Below, in pieces: positions 40,548 through 49,389 of a stretch of DNA of 64,000 nt (the stretch's first letter is position 1; each line of letters starts with the position of its first letter). The translations under genes and the position numbers were made by a program. The notes under the pieces were generated by a model. That model saw only the letters and a list, made by a program, of their open reading frames with translations. It did not search any database and had not been told where the DNA came from. Origin of the DNA: an uncultured archaeon (lineage in GTDB: Archaea > Thermoproteota > Bathyarchaeia > Bathyarchaeales > Bathycorpusculaceae); the NCBI GenBank assembly GCA_963782915.1, contig CAWALK010000018.1, positions 192,001-256,000 of the forward strand. Direction: 5' to 3'.

Positions 40548-40700
40548 ATGTACAAGTGCTCACAATGTGGCGGCGGAATGGAATCCAAAGGAGAGGTTTC
40601 CGAAGACGGAACGGTCATTTTCTATCAATGCCCAAAATGCAAGAACGTTGAACTCCATGCCAAACGCTTTGCTAATGGCCTTCGACTGACATATCCGTAG
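40548..40700 (+). CDS. 50-aa Zn-ribbon protein (not in ORF track)
   Basis: MYKCSQCGGGM...FYQCPKCKNVE. Confidence 0.6.
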   Translation: MYKCSQCGGGMESKGEVSEDGTVIFYQCPKCKNVELHAKRFANGLRLTYP

Positions 40701-40886
40701 AGACAACTGTTGTCGCTAAAGATTGCAGATAAAGCACGTCTTTTCGGCGGTTGGATTGTGGCAGATTCCAACATTTCGCCACCTTAAAATATTAAACGAT
40801 AATGGAAAGTTACCGTTTCGGTTGAACTCCAAGTATAAATCAAATGGAAACTCTAGAAAACCATCGGTTTTTAGAGGTGAAACAAC

Positions 40887-41480
40887 TTGAATCGAAAGTT
40901 TCTATTTTTAGGCATCGCATTAATTTTAGTCATCGCTATCCCCCTCGTAGCAGCAGCAGTAACACAAACCCAAACCATCCACGTCACCGGCAACGCCAAA
41001 TACCCACACAACACACCCCCACCAGCAGCAACCACAACCCCCACCCCAATGCCATCAACCGCCGCTCCGACGGTTCAGTTTCAGCTATTTTTTCCAAACG
41101 GAACAGCCTACCCAACCTCGGTGACTGGAGCAATCACGGGAGTTAACACCGTAGTAGTCGACCCCCTAACAGGCCATAACGGCGGATGGATGCCCACATG
41201 CATCGTCGTACGCAACACCGGCAGCACCCCAATAACAGTCAATGCAGCAATAGCCAACAAAAACGTCCCAGCCAACATCGATTTAACCCTAACCAGCGGT
41301 TATTATGGCACGATTTCTGGAGGATACGGCGCGGATCAAGCCACAACTCAGCAACCCATTCAACCCGGACAAACCTATTACATGTCACTCATAGCGTTCT
41401 TGACGCCCACTGGAAGCTACACGCCTGATCAAGAGTTCAGTTACAGTTTTGATGTGGTAGTAACGGCGACGCAAGCCTAA
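40887..41480 (+). CDS. Secreted protein with Pro/Thr linker and Ig-like domain
   Basis: Signal peptide, PPPAATTTPTP linker, VRNTGSTPITV. Confidence 0.7.
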   Translation: MNRKFLFLGIALILVIAIPLVAAAVTQTQTIHVTGNAKYPHNTPPPAATTTPTPMPSTAAPTVQFQLFFPNGTAYPTSVTGAITGVNTVVVDPLTGHNGGWMPTCIVVRNTGSTPITVNAAIANKNVPANIDLTLTSGYYGTISGGYGADQATTQQPIQPGQTYYMSLIAFLTPTGSYTPDQEFSYSFDVVVTATQA

Positions 41481-41562
41481 GTTTTGCAGAATTTTGTTTT
41501 AGCGGTTTTTTATACCGCAATCCACCATCTTTTGTTTTTGAGCTATTTCGTTTTTTCAAGTT

Positions 41563-41778
41563 TTAAGCTTTGTTTGGCTTAACTATCAAATAGCCCTTAT
41601 CGATGAGCCAATGGTGAAACTGATAGGTAGTGTAGAGGCAGGCGGCGCCGCATTTTTTGCGGGTTTGCTCATAGGCTGGTGAGCCTTCTGTTTGCTGATT
41701 TAGTTCCATCTGAACAGGGCATTTTACGTCTTTGCAGAATTCTCTGCGTTTATACTCAACATAGCCATCGGGAATCAT
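41563..41778 (-). CDS. Small Cys-rich conserved hypothetical protein
   Basis: FCKDVKCP...C...C...FHHWL. Confidence 0.6.
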   Translation of the reverse strand: MIPDGYVEYKRREFCKDVKCPVQMELNQQTEGSPAYEQTRKKCGAACLYTTYQFHHWLIDKGYLIVKPNKA

Positions 41779-41928
41779 TTGCCATCAACGCTACTTGCCA
41801 GTTTAAAACATATAAGCATGCCGGTTTCAAACGCTGTGTTTTCAATATGCTAACAAGGCTCTTTAGCGCTTATGGGTTCTGCATAGAGCGTCTAAATGGG
41901 ACCAAATATATTGATGACATGACGCCCA

Positions 41929-42855
41929 CTAATGCATGGCTACTTGTGCCCTTAGAACCTTCTCGATACGGTCAACCTCAACTTGAGCTCCATCGTTTAA
42001 CGCTGTCAATTTTATTTCGTCAGGCGACTGCACCCCAAACCCAAGTTCAGCGGCCCGCTTGATTTGGTCCTGTTCAAAAACATCAGCCTCACCCACTTTG
42101 CCTTTGGCACCATACAGTTTAAGGATGGAAACTCCAACCGCATCCAATGCAACCCGATCTCGACTAGCCAACAACAAACCCGGCTCAACCAAATCGCCGC
42201 TTTCAGGGCCACCAGTCACAAACGCTTTAATCCCATCCATAACCGCCACATCCACCTTGTAGTGGTTGTTTATTTCGGCAATCATTTGGCGTTGAAATGG
42301 CGATCCGTGCAGTTCCCACATGTAATCGTAAAGGCCGCCCGGCACCCTTTTCGCAACCATGCCCACGGAGCATTTCATCGACAGGGTAAAGTGTCCTCCG
42401 AATCGGTGGGTTTTGAGGCAGCAAGTGTTTACGACTTTGTCGGCGTCACGGAAGACTTTGGCTAGATAGAAGCCTCTTAGCCAGTGGGTATTGCCCCGTT
42501 CAAATTTTACCCAGTCCTCTTTTGAAACCTCATCCAGTATAACTGCTTTGAAACCTAGCTCTTTTGAAAGCCCAAGTACGCCCATTTGTTCGAGGACTTC
42601 GCGGGTGTCACCCATGCCACTACGCTCAGCCATGGTAATTTGCTCAGGTTCTGCGGCTTTGAGGTTCTCGATGAGGGCTCTTAAGGTGTCTATGTGTGTG
42701 GATGCCGGGAAGGGGTCGGCGCTGTTAAAATTAGCCTTCAAAGCCACCTTCTTACCCGAATAATCGGATAAATCGAATTTACTCAGAAGAGCCGGTATGC
42801 CTGTTTTTCGGTCGGTGGTTTTGAGGAGGAAAACTTCCCCATAGGATTCAGCCAT
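41929..42855 (-). CDS. DUF362-domain protein
   Basis: LKANFNS, CLKTH, TLSMK, DRVALDAV. Confidence 0.85.
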   Translation of the reverse strand: MAESYGEVFLLKTTDRKTGIPALLSKFDLSDYSGKKVALKANFNSADPFPASTHIDTLRALIENLKAAEPEQITMAERSGMGDTREVLEQMGVLGLSKELGFKAVILDEVSKEDWVKFERGNTHWLRGFYLAKVFRDADKVVNTCCLKTHRFGGHFTLSMKCSVGMVAKRVPGGLYDYMWELHGSPFQRQMIAEINNHYKVDVAVMDGIKAFVTGGPESGDLVEPGLLLASRDRVALDAVGVSILKLYGAKGKVGEADVFEQDQIKRAAELGFGVQSPDEIKLTALNDGAQVEVDRIEKVLRAQVAMH

Positions 42856-43008
42856 CAAAATCGCCGAAAAATAAGGAGTCAGCAAGGTTATTAGTATTAC
42901 CTGCATCAAACTGCAACAACAACCCACATAAATGTGGGTTTATAGGCAAAAAGCTATCCGTAATAGCTATTAAGTGCAAAAACGATTACTAGATTAACGA
43001 ATTTTAGT

Positions 43009-43950
43009 TTGCTGAGTGGTTTTATGGCTACTTTTCAGATTTTAAAGCGTACATCTGAGGAAAAAATAGGATGGCTTGTTGAAACCATCGCTGTTCACTA
43101 TAAATCGCCAACTTTACGTGCAATGGCAGATATTGTACGGGAGAAACAGGCAATTATTTTGGATTATCGGATTGATTCTACGCCCCGCTATGGATACGGA
43201 AAGCCTCTGCATCCGCAGCTTGAAGAAATAATTAAGAAAAACAAAGCGCAATACATCGCAACCTTGCAGAGTTTTCTGCAATTTAAAGAGAACTTCTTAG
43301 CCATACCCACTCGAAACGCAACCGACGAATCCACGACACCCTGCTGGATTAACCACTTTGTTCCCGGCCTTGACTCAGTTGCGCTTTATTCGTTTCTAGC
43401 GCTCAATAAGCCAAAAAGGTATTTTGAGATCGGCTCAGGCAACTCAACCCGATTTGCCCGAAAAGCAATAAGTGACCATAATTTGCCCACAAAAATAACT
43501 TCAATTGACCCTGAACCACGGGCAGACATTAGCAAAATCTGCGACAAAATCATACGCCAACCCTTGGAAGACGTCGATTTGGCAGTGTTTGAGGAGTTGG
43601 AAGCGGGCGATATTTTGTTTGTGGACAATAGCCACCGTTGTCTCATGAACTCTGATGTGACGGTTGTGTTTTTGGAGATTCTGCCTAGGCTCAAACCGGG
43701 AGTGCTCTTAGAAATTCATGATATTACCTTGCCGTGGGATTATCCGCGTAGCTATATTGAACGCTACTATTCTGAGCAATATTTGCTTGCGGTTCTTTTG
43801 TTGGCAAGTCGAGATTGGGAGGTTGTTCTTCCGAATTGGTATGTTAGTAGAACCCCGGGGTATAGCCAAGTTTTGGATTCGCTCTGGAAGGACCCGGCAT
43901 TGGCAGGCGTGCAGACGCATGGCTGCTCTTTCTGGATGAGAAAGAAGTAA
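43009..43950 (+). CDS. Class I SAM-dependent methyltransferase (Methyltransf_24-like)
   Basis: FEIGSGNST, SIDPEP, LFVDNSH, IHDI. Confidence 0.85.
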   Translation: MLSGFMATFQILKRTSEEKIGWLVETIAVHYKSPTLRAMADIVREKQAIILDYRIDSTPRYGYGKPLHPQLEEIIKKNKAQYIATLQSFLQFKENFLAIPTRNATDESTTPCWINHFVPGLDSVALYSFLALNKPKRYFEIGSGNSTRFARKAISDHNLPTKITSIDPEPRADISKICDKIIRQPLEDVDLAVFEELEAGDILFVDNSHRCLMNSDVTVVFLEILPRLKPGVLLEIHDITLPWDYPRSYIERYYSEQYLLAVLLLASRDWEVVLPNWYVSRTPGYSQVLDSLWKDPALAGVQTHGCSFWMRKK

Positions 43951-44024
43951 TTTTCAGGCATCAAGCTGCAACAACAAAACCGCAAGCTCTATATTATACA
44001 ATGGAGCCCTTTTGGAAGCTATGC

Positions 44025-44102
44025 GGGTCCGTAGCTCAGTCAGGCTAGAGCGGCGGACTCTTAATCCGTAGGCCGCGGGTTCAATTCCCGTCGGACCCGC
44101 CA
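44025..44102 (+). tRNA. tRNA-Lys(CTT)
   Basis: GGGTCCGTAGCTCAG...GCGGACT-CTT-AATCCGT...GTTCAATTCCCGTCGGACCCGCCA cloverleaf with encoded CCA. Confidence 0.95.
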
Positions 44103-45040
44103 ATATTTACGTTCATTTGTATCGTCCTTTTTCCATTTAACTTTTTTCTGAAGCGGATTCTCGTTAGCTTTCTGCAATTTGCCCTGTTTTTTCCAGCGGA
44201 TGCTCTGCAGGAGGAGAAATGCGTGACAGCTGAGTTTTACCTTAAGGGCATTTATCGACATTTTAATCATTCTATTATTTGATAATTTCACACTGTCCCG
44301 TATAATCACTATTGGCAACTCTAAACAGTTCACCATATTTTGGGTTTTTAAATTGAATAACCATGCGTGGTGGAGATTTTTTCATCTTAACTGGATTACT
44401 GTAGAGAATGTTAAAATGAACAATAGCTGAGACAAACAATACGAAAAAACCGACTAAACCTAAAGTGTTATCAACAATACCGAAAAGTAAGTAAGTAGTC
44501 AAACCACCAAAAAAAATTAAAAATAAACCCAAGAGTACACCCACAGTTCGCGCAAGTCTCTTCTTGGGCTTGTAACAGGAACTGCAAATTGGCACATTGA
44601 CCGAGGTTGCGGTCATTTTATTTGAAAATAGTTTAGATTCGGCTCGACCAATGGCAAGGTTACGGTCTGGATCTGGATTCATGCATTCAGAACAAAATCG
44701 AAGAAAGCGTAGGGCCCCATCATAACTATAAACTGAGACCTTCGAAATAATCACCGAATATGACATATGTGGAGATCTAAAAGAACTTATTTACAACTGA
44801 ACGTTGTATCAGTTTTAGCGATTTTCAATTAATCGTTAGCATATTATTAAAGTATAAAAATTTGTTGACACTTTATTGGCAGCAATTCAAGCCCTTTCTA
44901 AAACATTGATAATTGCTGGACATCATTTATCATCGATGAGAATCAGTTGCAATTCTGCAAATGAGCTTAGGCAACTAATCACACAACAGGCTGCGGTATA
45001 AATGAACGTATATACGGTCGATAACCGTCGGACCCGCCAA
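44088..45040. mobile_element. tRNA-Lys-integrated mini-element with duplicated tRNA end and terminal inverted repeats
   Basis: CCGTCGGACCCGCCAA at 44088-44103 and 45025-45040; inverted repeat 44104-44124 / 44994-45014 (18/21 match); no recombinase. Confidence 0.72.
44275..44766 (-). CDS. Hypothetical Zn-binding two-TM protein (mini-element cargo)
   Basis: CSEC and CSSC motifs, then two hydrophobic helices and IQFKNPKY. Confidence 0.6.
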   Translation of the reverse strand: MSYSVIISKVSVYSYDGALRFLRFCSECMNPDPDRNLAIGRAESKLFSNKMTATSVNVPICSSCYKPKKRLARTVGVLLGLFLIFFGGLTTYLLFGIVDNTLGLVGFFVLFVSAIVHFNILYSNPVKMKKSPPRMVIQFKNPKYGELFRVANSDYTGQCEIIK

Positions 45041-45271
45041 GTTTTGATTTTTCTTTGCATGCTTGTGGGATGGCAGGAATGTTTGAAAATTTAGTTTGGA
45101 TCGCTGGTTCAATTGATTTAGCAGTTGCTAAAAGAGAAGGATTCCTGTAATAAAACTAAAAATGCATCCGACAAAACCTATCAAAAACGCTTTAGGACAA
45201 ATCTAACCCTAAAAATTGCATCCAATAAATAATTAAAAATAATTATGCTTATTTGCCGGTTCATCCGTTAA

Positions 45272-45376
45272 CTATTCATCCCAGCAATCCCAGCATACAT
45301 CATCAAAGTTTTCGTCTTCTTGCTTGATTTCTTTTCCGCACATTTTGCATTTCCTACATTTTTTTTCATCGGTCAA
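45272..45376 (-). CDS. Tiny Zn-finger protein, possibly truncated by TAG (not in ORF track)
   Basis: GGAGG RBS; MTDEKKCRKCKMCGKEIKQEDENFDDVCWDCWDE. Confidence 0.45.
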   Translation of the reverse strand: MTDEKKCRKCKMCGKEIKQEDENFDDVCWDCWDE

Positions 45377-45463
45377 CCCATTATCCCTCCATCGACTTTT
45401 TTATTAGAGCGGAGCAGAGTAATCACATATAGTTTATTAAATTGTATTCTTGTTTTTTGAGAA

Positions 45464-46114
45464 ATGCAACCCCAAAACAAAAACCAGCCCACAGAAGATC
45501 ACTGGAGCCAATACAAATGCCCCACCGGTGCGTTAGGCAGAACAGTTGCTGCAAACATGAACAAGGGACATTGGGACTTAACCACTTGGGGGCTAAAACA
45601 CGTAGACATCAAACCTAATGCTGTAATTTTAGATGTGGGTTGTGGGGGAGGCAAAACCATAAGCCGCCTTGCGAGGCGAGCAGGGCAGGGCAAAGTGTAT
45701 GGCTTAGACCAATCAGCTGATATGGTTGATTACGCAAAACAAATCAACAAAACGCTCATCGCCAAAAACCGAGTCGAAATTATCCAAGGCTCAGTTGAGA
45801 AAACCGGTTTCCAGGACGAGTTCTTTGATTTAGTAACAGCAGTTGAAACTTACTATTTCTGGCCTGACCTTGCAGATGCCTTCAAAGAGATAAAACGCAT
45901 TCTCAAGAAAGGAGGACACCTGCTTATCATAAATGAAATGATTGCGGATGGGGCGTATGAAGTGGAGAATGCAGAATTGATCGCTAAAACGCAGGTGCAT
46001 CTTGTGTCATTAGATGAAATACAGAAAATCTTGATATCTGAGGGCTTTGGTACCGTAAAAGTTTGCAGAAAGAGAAAATCTGACTGGAATGCGATTCTTG
46101 CTCTGAAAACATAG
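45464..46114 (+). CDS. Class I SAM-dependent methyltransferase (UbiE-like)
   Basis: LDVGCGGG, FDLVTAVETYYFW. Confidence 0.9.
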   Translation: MQPQNKNQPTEDHWSQYKCPTGALGRTVAANMNKGHWDLTTWGLKHVDIKPNAVILDVGCGGGKTISRLARRAGQGKVYGLDQSADMVDYAKQINKTLIAKNRVEIIQGSVEKTGFQDEFFDLVTAVETYYFWPDLADAFKEIKRILKKGGHLLIINEMIADGAYEVENAELIAKTQVHLVSLDEIQKILISEGFGTVKVCRKRKSDWNAILALKT

Positions 46115-46324
46115 GACGGCAATTTGAGCACTTCAAAAATGGATGCAAGCGGTAAAGTTTACGCTAACTTAGTTGGCTTGTAAGGGATTGTTAAGATGCT
46201 TGTTTCTTATCCAGAATTTGAGGTCCTTAGCGACTAATTTTATTTAAGCAAAATCGTGAATTTTAAACAAGAACTCTCTTATAGACAGACCATTCTCTAA
46301 AAGCTAGTTTTCGCAAAATAAAAT

Positions 46325-46579
46325 ATGCTTCTAGGATTTAATAAAATGTCGCTTTCAATTAGTTTTGTGTTCAATGTTATAGGCGTCGTCTTTGAGGTGA
46401 TAGCGATAGGTTGGGCGGCTAGAATGGTCTCGTATAGCTTTAGCAAATGGAATGTAGAACACATGAAACATGCGGCAAGATCTGCTGAACAACACTTCCA
46501 AGAAGAAAAGAAACAAGCGATTATTATCTTATTCATTTCCTTAGGTGTGCTTTTCCAGGGAGTAGCTGGATTTCTTTAG
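46325..46579 (+). CDS. Small two-TM hypothetical protein
   Basis: Two hydrophobic segments. Confidence 0.45.
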   Translation: MLLGFNKMSLSISFVFNVIGVVFEVIAIGWAARMVSYSFSKWNVEHMKHAARSAEQHFQEEKKQAIIILFISLGVLFQGVAGFL

Positions 46580-46900
46580 CGATTTCTTCCTTACCCTAAT
46601 GTACCACGTTTTTAAAAAAAATACATCAATTGATCGGATGTTAGTTAATCACAAAATCTATGGCAATACAGAAATGCAGCCCTCATGTATTGTTTGCTGA
46701 GTTGAATTTTGTGGTTAATCGCAAGTATTTTGATTCTCCTAATTGTGGGGGCTGTATGTATAAAGCAAGCAGTTATTGTTGGGGTCAATGCTCCCTAAAC
46801 ATCTGGAAAAAAGACAGAGAATATTGATATTTAGACCAATGTCCTGGAGATTTCTTATTTAGGAGAAAAAGACCTGAAACTGCAGGGCGCCTTTTTCCTT

Positions 46901-47872
46901 TCAGGCAAGCTTTTGATTGGGTATTTCGAGGTTTAATTGCTTCTTTAGTGCCTTGTATCGGTTCCTAACCGTGACTTCAGTGACTCCGGCTGCTTCTGCA
47001 ATGTCTTTTTGTGTTATCTTTTCGTTATTTTGAAGGCAAGCTATGTAGAGGGCTGCTGAAGCCATGCCCATCGGGTCTTTTCCGGATACAAATCGTTTTA
47101 GCCTCGCTTCCCTTAGAATTGCTATGGCTGTACCCTGTGTTCTGCCTGATATTTTGTTTTTCTCTGCAATCTTTGAAACGTAGGTCAACGGGTCAGAAAG
47201 GGGCATGTGAAAATCGAGCTCCTGCAGCATCAATCTATAGCAGCGTGCAACGTCTTTTCTATTAACAAGGCTGGCTTCAGAGATTTCACGAAGGGTTCGG
47301 GATGCTCCGCTTTTGCGGCAAGCAGCATACAACGAGGCGGCAGCGACAGCGTTTATGGACCGCCCTCGGACTAAACCTTTATCGAGTGCTTTTCTGTAAA
47401 TGACTGCGGCTTTTTCTTTGAGGGGCGCTGAAACGTTGATGTTGCCGGATAAACGGTCAAGTTCACCCATGGCTTGAGAGAGGTTTCGGTCGATGGATGA
47501 GTGTACTCTGCTGCGTATTTGCCATTTTCGTAGACGCCACATTTGCAATCTTGTAGACAGAGGCAGTTTTCTTCCGAAAGCATCTCTGTCAACTTGGCTG
47601 ATGGTTGTGGATAACCCTTTATCATGAATGGAATATGATGTTGGCATGCCCACGCGGCTTCTTGAGGCTTTCTCTTGTTGCGTGAAAGCTCGCCATTCAG
47701 GTCCCTTATCTAGCATCTGCTCATATAAGATGAGACCGCAGTCGCCACAGATAGTTTCGCCCGTGTCATAATCGTGAACAAGATTTATACTTGCACATTC
47801 AGGGCATTTGTCAGCTAAGCGCTGAGGCGTTTTAGGGACTTCTTTGACTATATTAACTTGGGTTATACTCAC
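46901..47872 (-). CDS. tfb: Transcription initiation factor IIB paralog
   Basis: CPEC..CGDCG Zn ribbon, PEWRAF, RGRS, GKDP, TEVTVRNRY. Confidence 0.95.
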   Translation of the reverse strand: MSITQVNIVKEVPKTPQRLADKCPECASINLVHDYDTGETICGDCGLILYEQMLDKGPEWRAFTQQEKASRSRVGMPTSYSIHDKGLSTTISQVDRDAFGRKLPLSTRLQMWRLRKWQIRSRVHSSIDRNLSQAMGELDRLSGNINVSAPLKEKAAVIYRKALDKGLVRGRSINAVAAASLYAACRKSGASRTLREISEASLVNRKDVARCYRLMLQELDFHMPLSDPLTYVSKIAEKNKISGRTQGTAIAILREARLKRFVSGKDPMGMASAALYIACLQNNEKITQKDIAEAAGVTEVTVRNRYKALKKQLNLEIPNQKLA

Positions 47873-48163
47873 TTTTCCATCTCAATTTATTTGCCCAGAA
47901 TCGTCACGTAGTCATAAAATCCCATTTCAGGATACTAAAAAATGATAATGCGATCTGCGCAATCTATTCAAGAGTTGGGGTGTAGCTTATATACATGATT
48001 TTGTTTTCGTGATAATTATAAGGAAAATAATAAGAATTATCAAAATGTTTTAAAAGTTGAATGTTCAAACTTTAACCTGCTAACTTAATGGTGTTCTTGC
48101 AAAAGATTAAAACCAAACCCAACAATAACAAACCATAGAAACCAGTCAACCGGACATGAAATT

Positions 48164-48527
48164 ATGGACCTAACAGCCGAGCTCAAAAATCTTCAGGGCA
48201 AACGTTTGACAACCCTTTACCAAAACAAACCCTTCGAAATCACCCAGGTTTCCAATAACCAAATAATTCTCAAAACCTCAAAAGTACCACAACATCCCAT
48301 ACCTCTCAAAGAAATAACAAGTGCATGGAACCATCTCATGAGAAAGAAAAAATTAACAAGTTCAGAAGTTCGAGATTTAGGGATACTCGGAACTTGACCC
48401 TACTTACGTGGTGGCTATTCTTGCAAGCTTACCTGGGGTAACGCACAGTCTTACGCCAATCACTCTAAAGCTTAAAGATACTGCTTTGAAGCCTGAAGAG
48501 GGCGCCGAAAGAAAAATGAAGCCGTGA
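48164..48527 (+). CDS. Hypothetical protein, frameshift near 48380
   Basis: ORF continues in another frame as GYSELDPTYVVAILASLPGV. Confidence 0.5.
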
Positions 48528-48607
48528 CAACTGCAGCTAACCCAACGCCTATGATAGGAAGGAACCCTCTAACAGGGCATAGAAAAAAATTGCAGCTTTT
48601 TAGCGGT

Positions 48608-48641
48608 TGTTGCTACAGCCTGTAACAACATCACCTTATAT
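48608..48641 (+). promoter_or_regulatory. 23-bp palindrome plus TATA box
   Basis: TGTTG-C-TACAG-C-CTGTA-A-CAACA (48608-48630), then TTATAT at 48636. Confidence 0.55.
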
Positions 48642-48661
48642 CCAAACTAATCGTAACTCGT

Positions 48662-48810
48662 TTACTAAGACCGAAGATACACCCAAGTTGGGCAGGTTTG
48701 GCTGCTAACAAAGATAAGCCGGTTCCCCTCTCTCTTTTGCCCTATCGATGTTAGCACACGGCTAAGCCAGCTTAACTCTACTTTTTTCCCTTCTGTATCT
48801 TGCGTGGTAA
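48662..48810 (+). ncRNA. Candidate long-hairpin structured RNA
   Basis: Nested stems 48662-67/48805-10, 48674-81/48794-801, 48686-93/48770-77, 48695-704/48759-68, 48705-10/48749-54, with several G-U pairs. Confidence 0.5.
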
Positions 48811-48871
48811 TTTAGATTCAATAATTTATTGCTTATGCAATTAGCAGGTTGCAATTGGTTGTCAGAGAAAC

Positions 48872-49297
48872 ATGAACTACTATTTTTTGGTTGCCACAGT
48901 GAGTCTTGCTTTGCAGATAGGTGTTTTAGCTTTAATTATGATCGGCTTTGGATTCAAACTGCGTCTGCGTTTTCGTTTGCATGGCTCTTTTATGCTGACA
49001 GCCGTTGTGGTTCATTTAATAACTATTGGGGTAGTTATGATACCTGCCTTTATAGCGATAATCATTGAGAAGCCTCCAATTCTGATCAGTTCGTTCGCAC
49101 CTTTTCACGCTGTTTTAGGGACAATAACTGCAATTTTAGGTGTCTGGATTGTTGGTTCATGGCGGTTAAGACAGTCAACCAAGTTTTGTGCTCCGAAAAG
49201 AAAATTCATGCGTGCCACTTTCATACTGTGGTTAGTAACTTTATCCTTGGGCATAATCTTTTATTTTATTCTTAATTGGGCCTATTTGTTTGGTTAA
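48872..49297 (+). CDS. DUF420-like four-TM membrane protein
   Basis: Four hydrophobic helices with conserved His (LHG..M, VHL, FHAVLG). Confidence 0.6.
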   Translation: MNYYFLVATVSLALQIGVLALIMIGFGFKLRLRFRLHGSFMLTAVVVHLITIGVVMIPAFIAIIIEKPPILISSFAPFHAVLGTITAILGVWIVGSWRLRQSTKFCAPKRKFMRATFILWLVTLSLGIIFYFILNWAYLFG

Positions 49298-49389
49298 GCT
49301 CTATAAATAATTGTAAGTAAATAATTATTAAATTCAATTCTGATTGTTATATCAGTCTTAAATTCGTTTTTTACGGGAGCTGAATTAAA

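Noticed and set aside
41010-41070. C/A-rich low-complexity tract as a DNA repeat
   Set aside because: Explained by the Pro/Thr linker codons of the secreted protein 40887-41480
44061-44336. 91-aa ORF overlapping tRNA-Lys as an integrase fragment
   Set aside because: It reads antisense through the tRNA end but shows no tyrosine-recombinase motifs that I can recognise
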